Below, piece by piece: positions 48,981 through 59,225 of a DNA stretch of 64,000 bases (within the stretch, counting starts at the first letter, position 1; the number at the start of each line of letters is the position of its first letter). Position numbers and translations under genes: made by a program. The notes under the pieces were generated by a model that was not told the DNA's origin, did no database searches, and worked only from the letters and a program-made list of their open reading frames with translations. The stretch lies in the NCBI GenBank assembly GCA_963809785.1, contig CAWEKV010000002.1:1006689-1070688 (forward strand). Reading direction: 5' to 3'. Origin of the DNA: an uncultured Planctomycetia bacterium. GTDB lineage: Bacteria > Planctomycetota > Planctomycetia > Pirellulales > S012-138.

Positions 48981-50507
48981 TCACTCCGCCTCCAGCACTT
49001 CCAGCTTCTCGAACTGGCCGAGCACTTTGATCACCTGCAACAGGCTGTCCAGGCCGCCGGTCTGCCCTGCCAGGTTCGTGTCGGTGAGCTTGAGATATCC
49101 GGCGCTGATCCCGCCCTGGGCGCGCGTGGCATCCAGTGCCAGCCAGCGGTCGGCGAGATGGACTTCGGTCCACATGTGAAACCCCAAGGCGGCGCCGTTC
49201 TCCACGACGACTAGCCCCAGCGCCACCCGCGCCGGAATGCCGCGTGCCCGAGCCAGCGCAGCCAAGAGCATCGCGTGCTCCGTGCAATCTCCCTCGAGGC
49301 TTTCCGCCACCTCGGCGGCCGTGGCCAGCGCACTGGAGAAATCCACGCGACGCATCGACTTCTTGACGTGCTGCTCGAGCGCAAGGGCCAGCTTCCAACG
49401 ATCTTTCTCATCGGGGGCCGCCTGGGCGGCCAGGGCCAGGACGGCCGCGTGATCGCTCTGGATGAGCGGACCAGGCGACACGTCCGCCTCCGTCGGCCGG
49501 GAGTCGTCGCTGACGCCCGGCGTGTCGGGGCGGAGGGCCCGCACGACGATCTCGGCAGTGCGGGCGTCTTTGGCCAGCACGCGCTGCGACGGGCCGTTGG
49601 CAAAGACCGCCGAGGGATCCTGCTCGCGGAGACGCACGCCGTACCGCACGCGCCGCGACTTGGCCAGCCCGGCGGTGCGCCGCTCGATTGGCACCGCCGT
49701 CGCTGCGCCGATGTCGAATCGCGGGCCGTCGATCTTCTTCTGGGCCTCGGTCTTGGAGCATTTCACCAGCTCCAGCCGCAGGCTGGGCATGTGCCATTTG
49801 ACGATTCGGCCTTGCCGGTCCGTCCACAGCGTCTGCGGGATCGCGCCTTGCCCTTCGATCGACTGCACGTCTTCGATGCGCAGTAGCTCCACGTCGCTGT
49901 CGCGCACCTTGACCATTTCATAGTCGGCCGCCGTCAGTTGATGATCCATCACCAGCAGCCGCGACTGCAGCGGATCAGGCTCCGGCTTGCGCACCGCGCG
50001 GCGCTCTCCGGGCTGCATCGGCTGTCGCTCCAGCGACTGCTCCAGGGCCAAGAAACCGCCCACGCTGCTATCCCAGGCGACGGCCGCGGCGTTTTTGTTC
50101 CGATACGTCAGCTTTCCGCCGGCCACTTCGCCGATGATCTCGACGCCCTGGCTGCCGTGCGCGCCTTTGATCTCGAACGAGACGAGCTGACCGTCGGCAG
50201 TCTCCAGGCTGTCGATCACCATCTTCATCTCGTACGGCTGACCGAAGCGGAGGATGTCGTGGTGAAGCTCCTGGCGGATGCTCAGAAGCTTCGAGCCATT
50301 CTCTTGCTTGGGTTGCACGCGGGTGTGCACGAAGCCGGCCCGCGAGCCCCCCATGGAAAGGGTGTACCAGCTTTCCTCTGCGGGAGCGGTCCTTTCTTGC
50401 TCACTTCCGCATCCCCCCACGAGCAGCAAGCCCAGAGCGAGGAGCGTCACGAGACGGCATCGGCCGCGCGGGCCGCTAAGGCGAAGAGATTCCGCGGTGT
50501 GCGACAT
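48981..50507 (-). CDS. Transglutaminase-like lipoprotein
   Basis: Lipobox LVGGC; GDCTEHA.L..AL.RA.GIPAR, FHMW.EV, W..LDAT (Cys-His-Asp triad). Confidence 0.9.
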   Translation of the reverse strand: MSHTAESLRLSGPRGRCRLVTLLALGLLLVGGCGSEQERTAPAEESWYTLSMGGSRAGFVHTRVQPKQENGSKLLSIRQELHHDILRFGQPYEMKMVIDSLETADGQLVSFEIKGAHGSQGVEIIGEVAGGKLTYRNKNAAAVAWDSSVGGFLALEQSLERQPMQPGERRAVRKPEPDPLQSRLLVMDHQLTAADYEMVKVRDSDVELLRIEDVQSIEGQGAIPQTLWTDRQGRIVKWHMPSLRLELVKCSKTEAQKKIDGPRFDIGAATAVPIERRTAGLAKSRRVRYGVRLREQDPSAVFANGPSQRVLAKDARTAEIVVRALRPDTPGVSDDSRPTEADVSPGPLIQSDHAAVLALAAQAAPDEKDRWKLALALEQHVKKSMRRVDFSSALATAAEVAESLEGDCTEHAMLLAALARARGIPARVALGLVVVENGAALGFHMWTEVHLADRWLALDATRAQGGISAGYLKLTDTNLAGQTGGLDSLLQVIKVLGQFEKLEVLEAE

Positions 50508-50769
50508 GGCCGATCCTGCCGGTGTGATGAGAGCCGCGTGCAGTCCGGCGCAGTATACACGGCCGCGCGGTGGCGACCGATGCCAAGTGTGCCGCAGATA
50601 ATCCGGTCGCATAGCCCGGTTCGCAGAACACGGACTTTCGCGAACACTCCGAAGTCTTGGCGACTTCGGCGACCACAGAATCTGCTTCGACCTTCAAATA
50701 AGCGACTGAAGCGGATATACCTCTTCGTTCACCCACGCGGTTCGCCATTCCTCGTCGAAGTTGGAGCGC

Positions 50770-51306
50770 ATGCAGGAACGCAAGAAGGCATCTCCGCGGC
50801 GGCCCTCGCCCGAGATCGGCGGCACACCGCCCCCCGTTGAGGTTCGCCCGGCGCGGCACGGGCTGGGGCTGTTCGCGCAGCGGCTCATCGTGCCGCACGA
50901 GATCATCGGCGAAGTGACCGGCAAGATCGTTCATCAGACCGGCTATGGCTCGGAGTATTGCATCGACCTGGACCCGGGCCGCGCCTTGGAGCCGGACGCG
51001 CCGTTTCGGTACGCCAACCACAGTTGCGATCCCAACTGCGAGCTCTGCTCCTGGGAGGAGACCGAGGGGGACATCACGCCCGACCGCGTGTGGTTCACGG
51101 CCCTGCGAGCGATCCAACCGGGCGAGGAGCTGACGATCGACTATGCCTGGGACGCCGACGCGGCCATCCCCTGCGGCTGCGGCAGCGCGAACTGCCGCGG
51201 CTGGATCGTAGAAGAGTCGGAGCTGGAGGACGTGCTTGCCCGCGAGCGAGGAGCGGCCCTGCCTCGGCTCAACCGGCGGCGATCATCCAGGGCGACCGCA
51301 GGGTGA
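50770..51306 (+). CDS. SET-domain protein with post-SET Cys cluster
   Basis: GLGLFA, RYANHSCDPN, ALR.I..GEELTIDY, C.CGS.NCRG. Confidence 0.93.
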   Translation: MQERKKASPRRPSPEIGGTPPPVEVRPARHGLGLFAQRLIVPHEIIGEVTGKIVHQTGYGSEYCIDLDPGRALEPDAPFRYANHSCDPNCELCSWEETEGDITPDRVWFTALRAIQPGEELTIDYAWDADAAIPCGCGSANCRGWIVEESELEDVLARERGAALPRLNRRRSSRATAG

Positions 51307-51310
51307 TGGC

Positions 51311-51515
51311 TCAGGCTTCAGGCTTCGGGCTTCGGACTTCAGGCTTCGGCAGCCGGGCAGCTCGAGTGACTGGTGTACGACGGAATATCGAACACCCAGC
51401 ATCGAACACCCAGCATCGAACACCCAGCATCGAACACCCAGCATCGAACATTCAGCATCGAACATCCAGCATCGAACGATTCCTTCCCGAAGCCTGAAGT
51501 CCGAAGCCTGAAGCC
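51311..51515. repeat. Nested heptamer/14-mer arrays (CTTCAGG..., CATCGAACACCCAG x ~6, CCTGAAG...)
   Basis: Outer inverted heptamer arrays enclose a 14-mer tandem array. Confidence 0.88.
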
Positions 51516-51525
51516 CGTCCCTGCC

Positions 51526-52772
51526 TCAGCTCGGCTTCGCCGCCTTCATCAGCGCCAGCAGCTTATTCGCCAGCGCTTCGGCGAACTCCGGATCATTGAT
51601 GTGCCGGTCCAGCTCGAGGAGCTCGACGTCTCGCAGGTTAGCGCGGATCGCGCCATACAGCGCCTCGCGCGCTGCGGGTCATCAAACGGCTGGCCGGCGA
51701 CGTCGATGGCCGAGACGCCGCGCAGCGGCAGCATCACGGCCGCCGGACCAGTCGAGGCCGACACTTTGCGGGCGATCTCTTCGCCCAGCAGCGCGTTCTC
51801 CTCGCGGCGTCGTCCGCATCAGCGTGACCGTGGGATTGTGCCGATAGAACTGCCGGTGCGCGGAACTTGTCGGGCACCGTCTCGCGGGGCGTGGAAGTTC
51901 ACCATGTCCAGGGCCCCGACGGAGATCACCTGCGGCACGCCGCGCCTCGGCGGCCGCGGTCAGCCGGTCGGGCCCGGCCGATGAGCACGCCGCCCACCAG
52001 CTCGTCGGCCAGCTCGGTCGTGGTGATGTCCAGGACGCCGGCGATCAGCCCGTCGGCGATCAGCGACTCCATCGCCTGGCCGCCGTTGCCGGTGGCGTGG
52101 AAGACCAGCACCTCGTAGCCGGCCGCTTCGAGCACCTGCCGGGCCCGCTCGACGCACGGGGTGGTGACGCCGAACATCGTGGCGGCGACCAGCGGCTTGT
52201 CGCATCGTCGGACGGATTCTCGCCGCGCCGGGCGATGAGCCGGTTGCACGCGAGCTCACCATGCCGGCCATCGCCGCCGCGGCGTTGCCGAGCACGAGCC
52301 GGCTGATGCGGTTGATGCCCGCGATGTCGACCACCGAGTTGAGCATCAGCACGTCCTTGTCGCCGACGTACTGCCGCACCTGCCCGGAGGCCAGCGTGCT
52401 GACCATCAGCTTGGGCACGCCCAGCGGCAAGGCCCGCATGGCCGCTGTGCCGATGGTGGTGCCGGCCGAGCCGCCCAGCGACAGTATGCCGGGCACACCG
52501 CTTTCGGCATGAAGCCGAGCCATGAGCCGTGCCGCGCCGAACGCCGCCTGAGTGACGGCCTCGCCTCGGTCGCCGCGGCGGCGAAGCTCATCGAGCGAGA
52601 CGCCGGCCGCACGATATACTTCTTCGCGCGGGATATCGGCCGCCACCGTCGGCTCACCGAGACACCCTGTATCAACGAGGCAGGCGCCGACGCCGCGCGC
52701 GGCAAGCTGATCTCGCACAAACGCGGCCTCGCGGCCTTTGGTATCGAGCGTGGCGAGGATATAGACGGACAT
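51526..52772 (-). CDS. Tm-1-like ATP-binding protein (UPF0261), frameshifted
   Basis: [66 protein letters not shown]. Confidence 0.92.
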
Positions 52773-52791
52773 GCCTCACCACCCAATGCGA

Positions 52792-53289
52792 TCAGAGGAA
52801 AATGCTGACGAGAAATGCCCGCGATGGCTTCGCCGGATCGACGACCAGTGTGACCTTCTTGCCCGCGCGAATTCCGCCGCCGCCGCGCGTCTTGCCAGGG
52901 CACTTGATTTGGTACTTCCGGCCCGCGTATTCGTAGGCCACAACGGCGAATGGTGTAGCTGTTACAATCGCCACGGAGTGCCTGGCCTCCGAGTCGGCAA
53001 GGCGCGATTCGTCCCAGCCGACTTGAACGACACGGCCCGCGACGACTTCACCGACGCTGAAGACCCGTCGGATTTGGCGAGCCCGGTAAACGAATTGGAC
53101 CACGTGGGCGAGCGTAAGCAAGCTCACGATCAACAAGGCCCACGATTCTTCACGTCCCAGCGCAGCATCCTGGAAGAATATCACCAGCATCAAGGCGCCC
53201 ACGAGCACCCAAAGCATCCCGATGTGGATCGTCCAGCCAAGCAAGTTCCCATGGCGGGCAAGAATGCGGCGGAAGGTAGGAGGCTTCAC
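52792..53289 (-). CDS. Membrane protein, DUF3592-like
   Basis: Two TM segments then G.VV.......V.Y.Y.G..Y...G..V...VDP..P..A; GTGA overlap with the upstream stop. Confidence 0.6.
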   Translation of the reverse strand: MKPPTFRRILARHGNLLGWTIHIGMLWVLVGALMLVIFFQDAALGREESWALLIVSLLTLAHVVQFVYRARQIRRVFSVGEVVAGRVVQVGWDESRLADSEARHSVAIVTATPFAVVAYEYAGRKYQIKCPGKTRGGGGIRAGKKVTLVVDPAKPSRAFLVSIFL

Positions 53290-53903
53290 TCGGGGTTCTC
53301 GTCCACGAGGTGCCACAACTCACGGAATTTGCTCTGGACGAACGGATCAAGTTGTTCGGCAAATGTCAGGGGTAACTTCAACGCCGCGATGAGTTCTTCT
53401 ACATCGATCAAGTCCTTGCCTCGCCGGGGGTGCGTCATGCCAGACGCTAGCTTCAACTCGACGAGCGTCGGCAGCTTTAGGCACGCGATGCCCTCAAGCT
53501 CTGTGCGTACATCTGCCGGCTTCGGAAAAGCGACTGGCTTGGGCTTTCCGTCGCCAGGAAAGTCTCCCGAGACAAGAAACTCGATGCGAACCCCTAACTC
53601 CGCATCACGGAGGTTCTTGCTTGCCCGAAACGGCGGCACGTACCCGAGTCCTTGGAGTTCTTGGTGAATTCGAGCAAGGTCCTCCCGACTCACCAAAATG
53701 TCAACGTCTTCCGTGAAGCGCCGATAGCCGTGGAAGAAGAGCGCCATTCCGCCAGCAATCGCATACGGAATGCCCAAGTCGTCCAAGCGTCTAGCGATCT
53801 TTCGTAGAGTCTTGTGGACAGCGCTCTCTTTCTCGAAGTGCATACTGCCCTCCAACAGGGCCCAGCCAAGGTCGCGGTCCAAGAGTTGTTCGTAGGTGAC
53901 CAT
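53286..53903 (-). CDS. Nucleotidyltransferase-like protein (AbiEii/MNT-type fold)
   Basis: IPYAIAGGMAL..HGY.R.T.DVD.LV, L.ELKLASG....R.KD..DV.ELI. Confidence 0.75.
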   Translation of the reverse strand: MVTYEQLLDRDLGWALLEGSMHFEKESAVHKTLRKIARRLDDLGIPYAIAGGMALFFHGYRRFTEDVDILVSREDLARIHQELQGLGYVPPFRASKNLRDAELGVRIEFLVSGDFPGDGKPKPVAFPKPADVRTELEGIACLKLPTLVELKLASGMTHPRRGKDLIDVEELIAALKLPLTFAEQLDPFVQSKFRELWHLVDENPE

Positions 53904-53935
53904 GCAACGACGACCTCGTTCTGCCATGCCGCAAG

Positions 53936-54439
53936 CTAATCGGCCGCCCCACGCCGGCCGCTGGACAGCACACCGATATGGCCGGCCAAAAAGTCGGCTA
54001 GAGTGCCCTGAGGTTGGGTCTTGTCGCCGATCAATGTCCGGCCGCCATTGGCTAGGAGCTCCTTAAAGTATTGTTGAGACCGCATGGGCGGGCAAGCCAG
54101 AACGGTATCGCAGAACTCGGCCAGAGGCGCGTAGCCGTGGGCGTTCATGTAGTGGACGATCAGCTCCGGGCAGACGTAGATGCGGCCGTTGCCGGGAATG
54201 AACAGGCAAGCGCCGCCGGCCTCGCCTTCGTAGAGGCATAGATCGCATTCATGCACGCCCGGGGAGATCGACGGCTGCCACGGGTCGCGGCAAAGCTCGC
54301 TGAGCTTCGCAAAGACACGCGGGTCAACCGCACCGGTGGCGAACGGCCTGGCGCGCTCCAGCCATCCGACGGCGGCGAGTGTCGGCGCGGGCGGCTCGCC
54401 AAAGTAATCGCACGGCGATAGATCTTGAAACCACGCCAT
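53936..54439 (-). CDS. Conserved hypothetical Cys/His protein
   Basis: F.DLS.C.YF, AVGWL, G.H.C.LC, P.LI.HY...H.Y.P..EF..AV. Confidence 0.75.
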   Translation of the reverse strand: MAWFQDLSPCDYFGEPPAPTLAAVGWLERARPFATGAVDPRVFAKLSELCRDPWQPSISPGVHECDLCLYEGEAGGACLFIPGNGRIYVCPELIVHYMNAHGYAPLAEFCDTVLACPPMRSQQYFKELLANGGRTLIGDKTQPQGTLADFLAGHIGVLSSGRRGAAD

Positions 54440-54463
54440 CGAGCGCACCTTGGCGACATACCC

Positions 54464-54990
54464 CTATGGCTCAATTCGCTTGAGCATCTCAGCCGCCAAA
54501 GCCGCGATCGGCGAGTCCTGATCGTTGGCTTGCTCTTTCAGAGCTGGCACCGCCGCTTTCGCCGCTAAGCCGAGATTACCCAGCGCGGATGCCGCCTCCC
54601 GGCGCACGTTCGCATCCTCGTCGTTGAGCAGGGGAAGCAGTGCAGGCACGATCAGAGGCGCTGTCCGCTGCATCTTCCCCAACGTGAAGGCCGCTCTGGC
54701 TCTGATCTGAGCTTCAGGATCGGACAGCAACTGCATCAGCCCTAGCAAGGCGCCATGTTGGGCTTTCATGGCCCAAAAGTCCGCGATCTCTTTCTCTCTC
54801 GCTTGGCGAATCGGCTCCAAGTCGCGTTCGAGCCGGAGCACCGCGCCTCCTCGCGTGATTGTTCCAGTTCGTGCGCGATCTGCGTGTGGTCCCGCCACCA
54901 GGCAAGCAGGATTGCGATGATGGCGATGGTCAGTCGCGCATCGCGAAGCGTGTACTGCGGACCGCCCGGAGTCGAACGCTTGCGGGACAT
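54464..54990 (-). CDS. HEAT-repeat protein, frameshifted
   Basis: N-terminal QYTLRD..L.....AILLAWW; LL.D.....R..AA..LG repeats. Confidence 0.75.
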
Positions 54991-55065
54991 GGTATGCTCC
55001 GCTTGTAGCGGCGGATTGCCGGCCGCCGAGTCGCGGGAGCAAGATGCTCCCGCTACGAAACCTGG

Positions 55066-56460
55066 CTAAAACAGCTCCTTGATCTCGTGCTTGCCGAAGT
55101 CGACCAGCGGGAACGGCCGGCCCTGCGGGCCGGGCAGCGTCGGTTTCCAGGTCGAGGCCCAGGCTGTGGTAGATCGTGGCGACGACCTCGGCCGGCTCGA
55201 CGGGCCGCTCGGCCGGGCACGCCGCCGATCGGGTCGCTGCGGCCGACGACGCGGCCGCCCTGCACGCCGCCGCCGGCGAAGTAGACGCGTCCAGCACTGC
55301 GGCCAGTGGTCGCGGCCGCCGGCCGGGTTGACCCGCGGCGTGCGGCCGAACTCGGCCAGGTTGCAGACCAGCGTGTTGTCGAGCATGCCGCGCTGGTCGA
55401 GGTCTTCGATCAGCGCGCTGTAGCCCTGGTCGTACATCGGGGCGACGATGTCCTTCATGCCCTCGATCGACGTGAACGGCTTGCGAGCCGTGGATGTCCC
55501 AGGTGATCTCGTCGAACACGGTGAGGAACGTGTTGATCGTGACGAACCGCACGCCCGCCTCGACCAGCCGCCGGGCCAGCAGGCAGCACTGGCCGAAGCG
55601 GTTCATGCCGTAGCGCTCGCGGACCTTCTGCGGCTCCTTCGTCAGGTCGAACGCCTCGCGGGCCTGCGTGCTGGTCATCAGCCGGAAGGCCGCCTCGAAG
55701 TTGCTGTCCAGCAGCTGGGCGTCCTCGCTGGCCTCGAAGTTCTTCACCGTCTCGTCGACGATCGTCGCGCAGCTTGCGGCGGCGCTCGAGCCGCGCCTCG
55801 CCGATCTCGCGCGGGCGGCAGCAGGTCGGGCACCTTGAAGTTCGGCTTGCGACGGATCGGCCATCAGCGACGAACGGATCGTGCGCCTTGCCGAGGAAGC
55901 CGGCGTCCTGGCCGTGCGGCAGGTTGCCGCCGGTGCGGCCCATCGGCTCCGGCAGGATGACGTGCGCCGGCAGGTCGGTCTTGCGGCCCGCGCAGGTAGC
56001 TGCAGCGCGCAGCCGGCGTGCGGCGTGTTGACGCCGCCGGTGAACAGCCGGCCCGGTCTGCATCATCTGATGGCCGGTGTCGTGCACCGCGGCCGCCGTG
56101 TGGTAGCACGACTGCGGACGAGCGAGAACTTGTCGGCGATGCTTGGCGTGCAGCGGGAAGATCTCGGAGATCTGGATGTCCGGCGACGCCGTCGAGATCG
56201 GCTTGAACGGCCCGCGGATCTCGGCCGGCGCGTCGGGCTTCATGTCGAACGTGTCGAGCTGGCTCGGCGCGCCGAGGTTGAAGATCATGATGCACCGAGC
56301 GCTCGTCGTGCCCTCGGCCGACCTTGCCCGCGGCCTTGAGCCGCCATGCAGCTGCGGCCAGCGACAGGCCGATCGCGCCCAGCGCGCCGACCTGCAGGAA
56401 GTCGCGGCGCGTGACGCCGTCGCAGGTCTGGGCGGTGCCGTTGCCGGTGAGGTGTAACAT
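55066..56460 (-). CDS. DUF1501-domain protein (Tat-like RRDFL), heavily frameshifted
   Basis: [69 protein letters not shown]. Confidence 0.92.
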
Positions 56461-56487
56461 GGCAGAAGCTCCGAACCGGAGTTGCAG

Positions 56488-56566
56488 TGTCCTTTGTCCC
56501 TTGTCCCTTGCGTCCTGTGGGACAAGGGCCGAACCCAGGAATCCCTTCGCTGCGCTCAGAATGACA
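56488..56566. repeat. Heptamer (TGTCCCT) array plus GTCATTCTGAGCGCAGCGAAG-type REP half
   Basis: tgtcctttgtcccttgtcccttg..gggacaaggg; ccttcgctgcgctcagaatgaca. Confidence 0.7.
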
Positions 56567-56890
56567 GACTCGGAATAACGGTCCGCACGAAGCGATCCTA
56601 TCAACTGCCCGCGGCCAGAGCAAGAAAGCGGCCACGCCACCACACTAACCCGACGCGCAAGCGCGCAAGCGAGGGAGAGGCGAGATCGACGGTTTTTCCC
56701 GCCTCTCCCTCGCTTGCGCACTTGCGCGTCGGGCTAGTGTTCTTGCCGCCGATCGCTCAAGTTGCGTGCGTACTACGGTCCCACGGTTGCGCACGCAACT
56801 TTGAGGCGAAAACATGTCTTGGGCCGTGGTTACAGGCCGCGTTATCGTGGCGGCGTTGACGGTGCCGCTGCTTTTGCCTCTGACGTTTCG

Positions 56891-57452
56891 ATGCCCTTTC
56901 GCGACCGAATCAGGGAGCTGCGACGAGTTCCCGCGCACCATCTTCACCCAAACCCTCGCAATTGGCGGCGGCACCCGCCGCCGCAGCGCGCGGCGCTGAG
57001 GGCCGTGCTGGAGGAAGTCGGCTACGCGGATGCGCTCTTGGCTCGCGAGCTGCCGGACGGGTCGCTGGAATTGATCGACGGCCACTTGCGGGCCGAGACG
57101 ACGCCCGATCAGGACGTGCCCGTGCTGGTGCTCGATCTCTCCGCGGCCGAGGCCGATAAGCTGCTGGCAGTGCTCGATCCGTTGGCGGCCCTGGCCGAGC
57201 CGGACGAGGCGCAGCTTAGCCGACCTGGTCGCGTCCATCGATACCTCGAACGAGGCACTGCGGCGCGTCTGGAAAGACTTGCTGCCGGCGATCGACATTC
57301 CGGTGAACGAGAGAGCCATCCAGCCGCCCCGCGCGGTCGAAGTGCCCGAGTCGTATCAGTTGCTCGTCGATTGCCGCAACGAGGCGGACCAGCGGACGCT
57401 CTTCGAACGGCTCCGCGGCGAGGGATATACCTGCCGGGTGCTGACGCTGTGA
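56891..57452 (+). CDS. ParB/Srx N-terminal-like protein, frameshift near 57220
   Basis: L.PNPRNWR.H...Q...L...L.EVG..D.LL......LIDGHLR; C-terminal YQLLVDC.NE.DQ..LFERL..EGY.CRVLTL. Confidence 0.78.
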
Positions 57453-57455
57453 CCG

Positions 57456-57895
57456 GGAGTCAGGAGTCAGGAAGCAGGAGTCAGAAAGCAGAGTCAGGAA
57501 TCAGTTGTCAGTTGTCAGTGGTTGTGAATGAACGCTGCTTCGCAACAAACTGAGTCCCGAAGGGACGCGACTCGACAGCCCAGGCCGAAGGCCTGGGGGC
57601 CGTCGGAACGAGAACACCAAAGCCCTGAAAGGGCGCAACTTTTGACGCGGTAATTCGTTCCGCCCTTTCAGGGCTTTGTGCCGACCTGGCGTCTCGCCGA
57701 CCCAGGCCTTCGGCCTGGGCTGTCGAGTTTCAGCCCGTTGGGCCTTTGTGCATTCACCCGCCTCGTCCGGACGATTGATTCACACACTCTCAGGGGTCAG
57801 AAAGCGAGCTGCTTGCCTGACCTCACCTCTCTGACTTCTGATCTCTGACTTCTGACTTCTGACCTCTGACTTCTGACCTCTGACTTCTGATCTCC
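57456..57895. repeat. Composite intergenic repeat: heptamer arrays flanking a long hairpin element (CCCAGGCCGAAGGCCTGGG / GCCCTGAAAGGGC)
   Basis: GAGTCAG array; gacagcccaggccgaaggcctggg..agccctgaaagggcg..cgccctttcagggct..cccaggccttcggcctgggctgtc; TGAC(T/C)TC array. Confidence 0.85.
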
Positions 57896-57909
57896 GCCCT
57901 GCCCTCGCC

Positions 57910-59097
57910 ATGCGTATCGACGCCCACCTCGAGTGCCCCGTGCACGACAGCTTCCGCGTGCGGCAGGTGGCCGGCCTGTTCGACGTGCCGCTGGAGGCCA
58001 AATGCCGTGCGCGGTTCTCTGTGGAGCTGCCGGGCCTCAGTGACGATTGGCGAATCGGCGCGATCGTGGGACCGTCGGGCAGCGGCAAGTCCACGGTGGC
58101 CCGCGCGGCGTATGGCGAGGCCCTCTACCGCGGCCATGCCTGGCCTGCGGAGAAGGCGGTGATCGACTGCTTGGGCGATCGCCCAACAAAGCAGATCACC
58201 CAGATGCTGACGGCCGTCGGCTTCAGCAGCCCGCCATCGTGGGTGAAGCCTTACGCCGTGCTCTCGGGCGGCGAGAAGTTCCGCTGCGATCTGGCGCGGG
58301 CATTGCTCTGCGGCGGGCCGCTGGTGGTGTTCGACGAATTCACCAGCGTCGTGGACCGGACCGTGGCACAAATCGGTTCGGCGGCCGTGGCACGGGCGAT
58401 ACGCCGTTCTTTGTCCTTGGTCCCTTGTCCTTTGTCATTTGCCCTTGGTCAGGACCAGCAAGTGACAAGGGACCAAGGACAAGGGACTAAGGTCCCCCGC
58501 CGCTTCGTCGCCGTCACCTGCCATTACGACGTGCTGCCCTGGATCGAGCCGGACTGGGTGCTGGACATGGCCACCGGCACGCTCGACCGGAGGCGTCTTC
58601 GGCGACCGAACATCTCCCTTGAGCTCTTTTCTTGCGGCCGTGAAGCGTGGCGGTTGTTTGCGCCGCATCACTATTTGAGCGGCGCCCTCAATCGGGCCGT
58701 CCGCTGTTACGTTGCGACCTGGCGCGACGAGCCGGTGGCCTTCTGTGCTCTTCTCTCCGGCGTGGGCCGCCGCGGCGTGTGGCGCATCTCGCGGATCGTC
58801 GTGCTGCCCGACTACCAGGGCATCGGCATCGGCGGGCGGTTCATCGAGGCGATCGGCGAGCTTTACCGCGGGCAGGGCTTGCGGACCACGATCACGACCA
58901 GCCACCCGGCGATGATAGGCTATCTGCGCGGCTCGCCCACCTGGCGGGTTAGGGAGGTCTCCAAAGGCGGCAACACCTGGGGCTCGATCGCTCAGCGAAA
59001 GAACATCCGCAGCACGTCGCGAGGGCGGACGGTGGTGTCGGCGGAGTATTGCCCGCGGCCACGCTTAGCACCGGCGCCCTTGGCTCCAGGTGGATGA
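57910..59097 (+). CDS. ABC-type ATPase fused to a C-terminal GNAT acetyltransferase
   Basis: Walker A GPSGSGKST, LSGGEKFR, VVFDEFTSVVDR, VTCHYD; then F..HHYL, SRIVVLPDYQGIGIG (GNAT motif A) and TSHP. Confidence 0.88.
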   Translation: MRIDAHLECPVHDSFRVRQVAGLFDVPLEAKCRARFSVELPGLSDDWRIGAIVGPSGSGKSTVARAAYGEALYRGHAWPAEKAVIDCLGDRPTKQITQMLTAVGFSSPPSWVKPYAVLSGGEKFRCDLARALLCGGPLVVFDEFTSVVDRTVAQIGSAAVARAIRRSLSLVPCPLSFALGQDQQVTRDQGQGTKVPRRFVAVTCHYDVLPWIEPDWVLDMATGTLDRRRLRRPNISLELFSCGREAWRLFAPHHYLSGALNRAVRCYVATWRDEPVAFCALLSGVGRRGVWRISRIVVLPDYQGIGIGGRFIEAIGELYRGQGLRTTITTSHPAMIGYLRGSPTWRVREVSKGGNTWGSIAQRKNIRSTSRGRTVVSAEYCPRPRLAPAPLAPGG

Positions 59098-59225
59098 ATC
59101 CTGGCAGTTCGTTAACCGGGGGCGGAGTCATGATCGGCGGTGAGAACGTGTGGCCGTCGGCCAAGTCTTGCAGCCTGGCGCGGCAACACTTAGTTTAGCC
59201 AGGAGACCTATTGCGAAAGAAGCTC

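Noticed and set aside
51387-51477. CATCGAACACCCAG tandem array as a possible CRISPR
   Set aside because: Units are directly adjacent with no unique spacers, and there are no cas genes; it is a simple tandem repeat.
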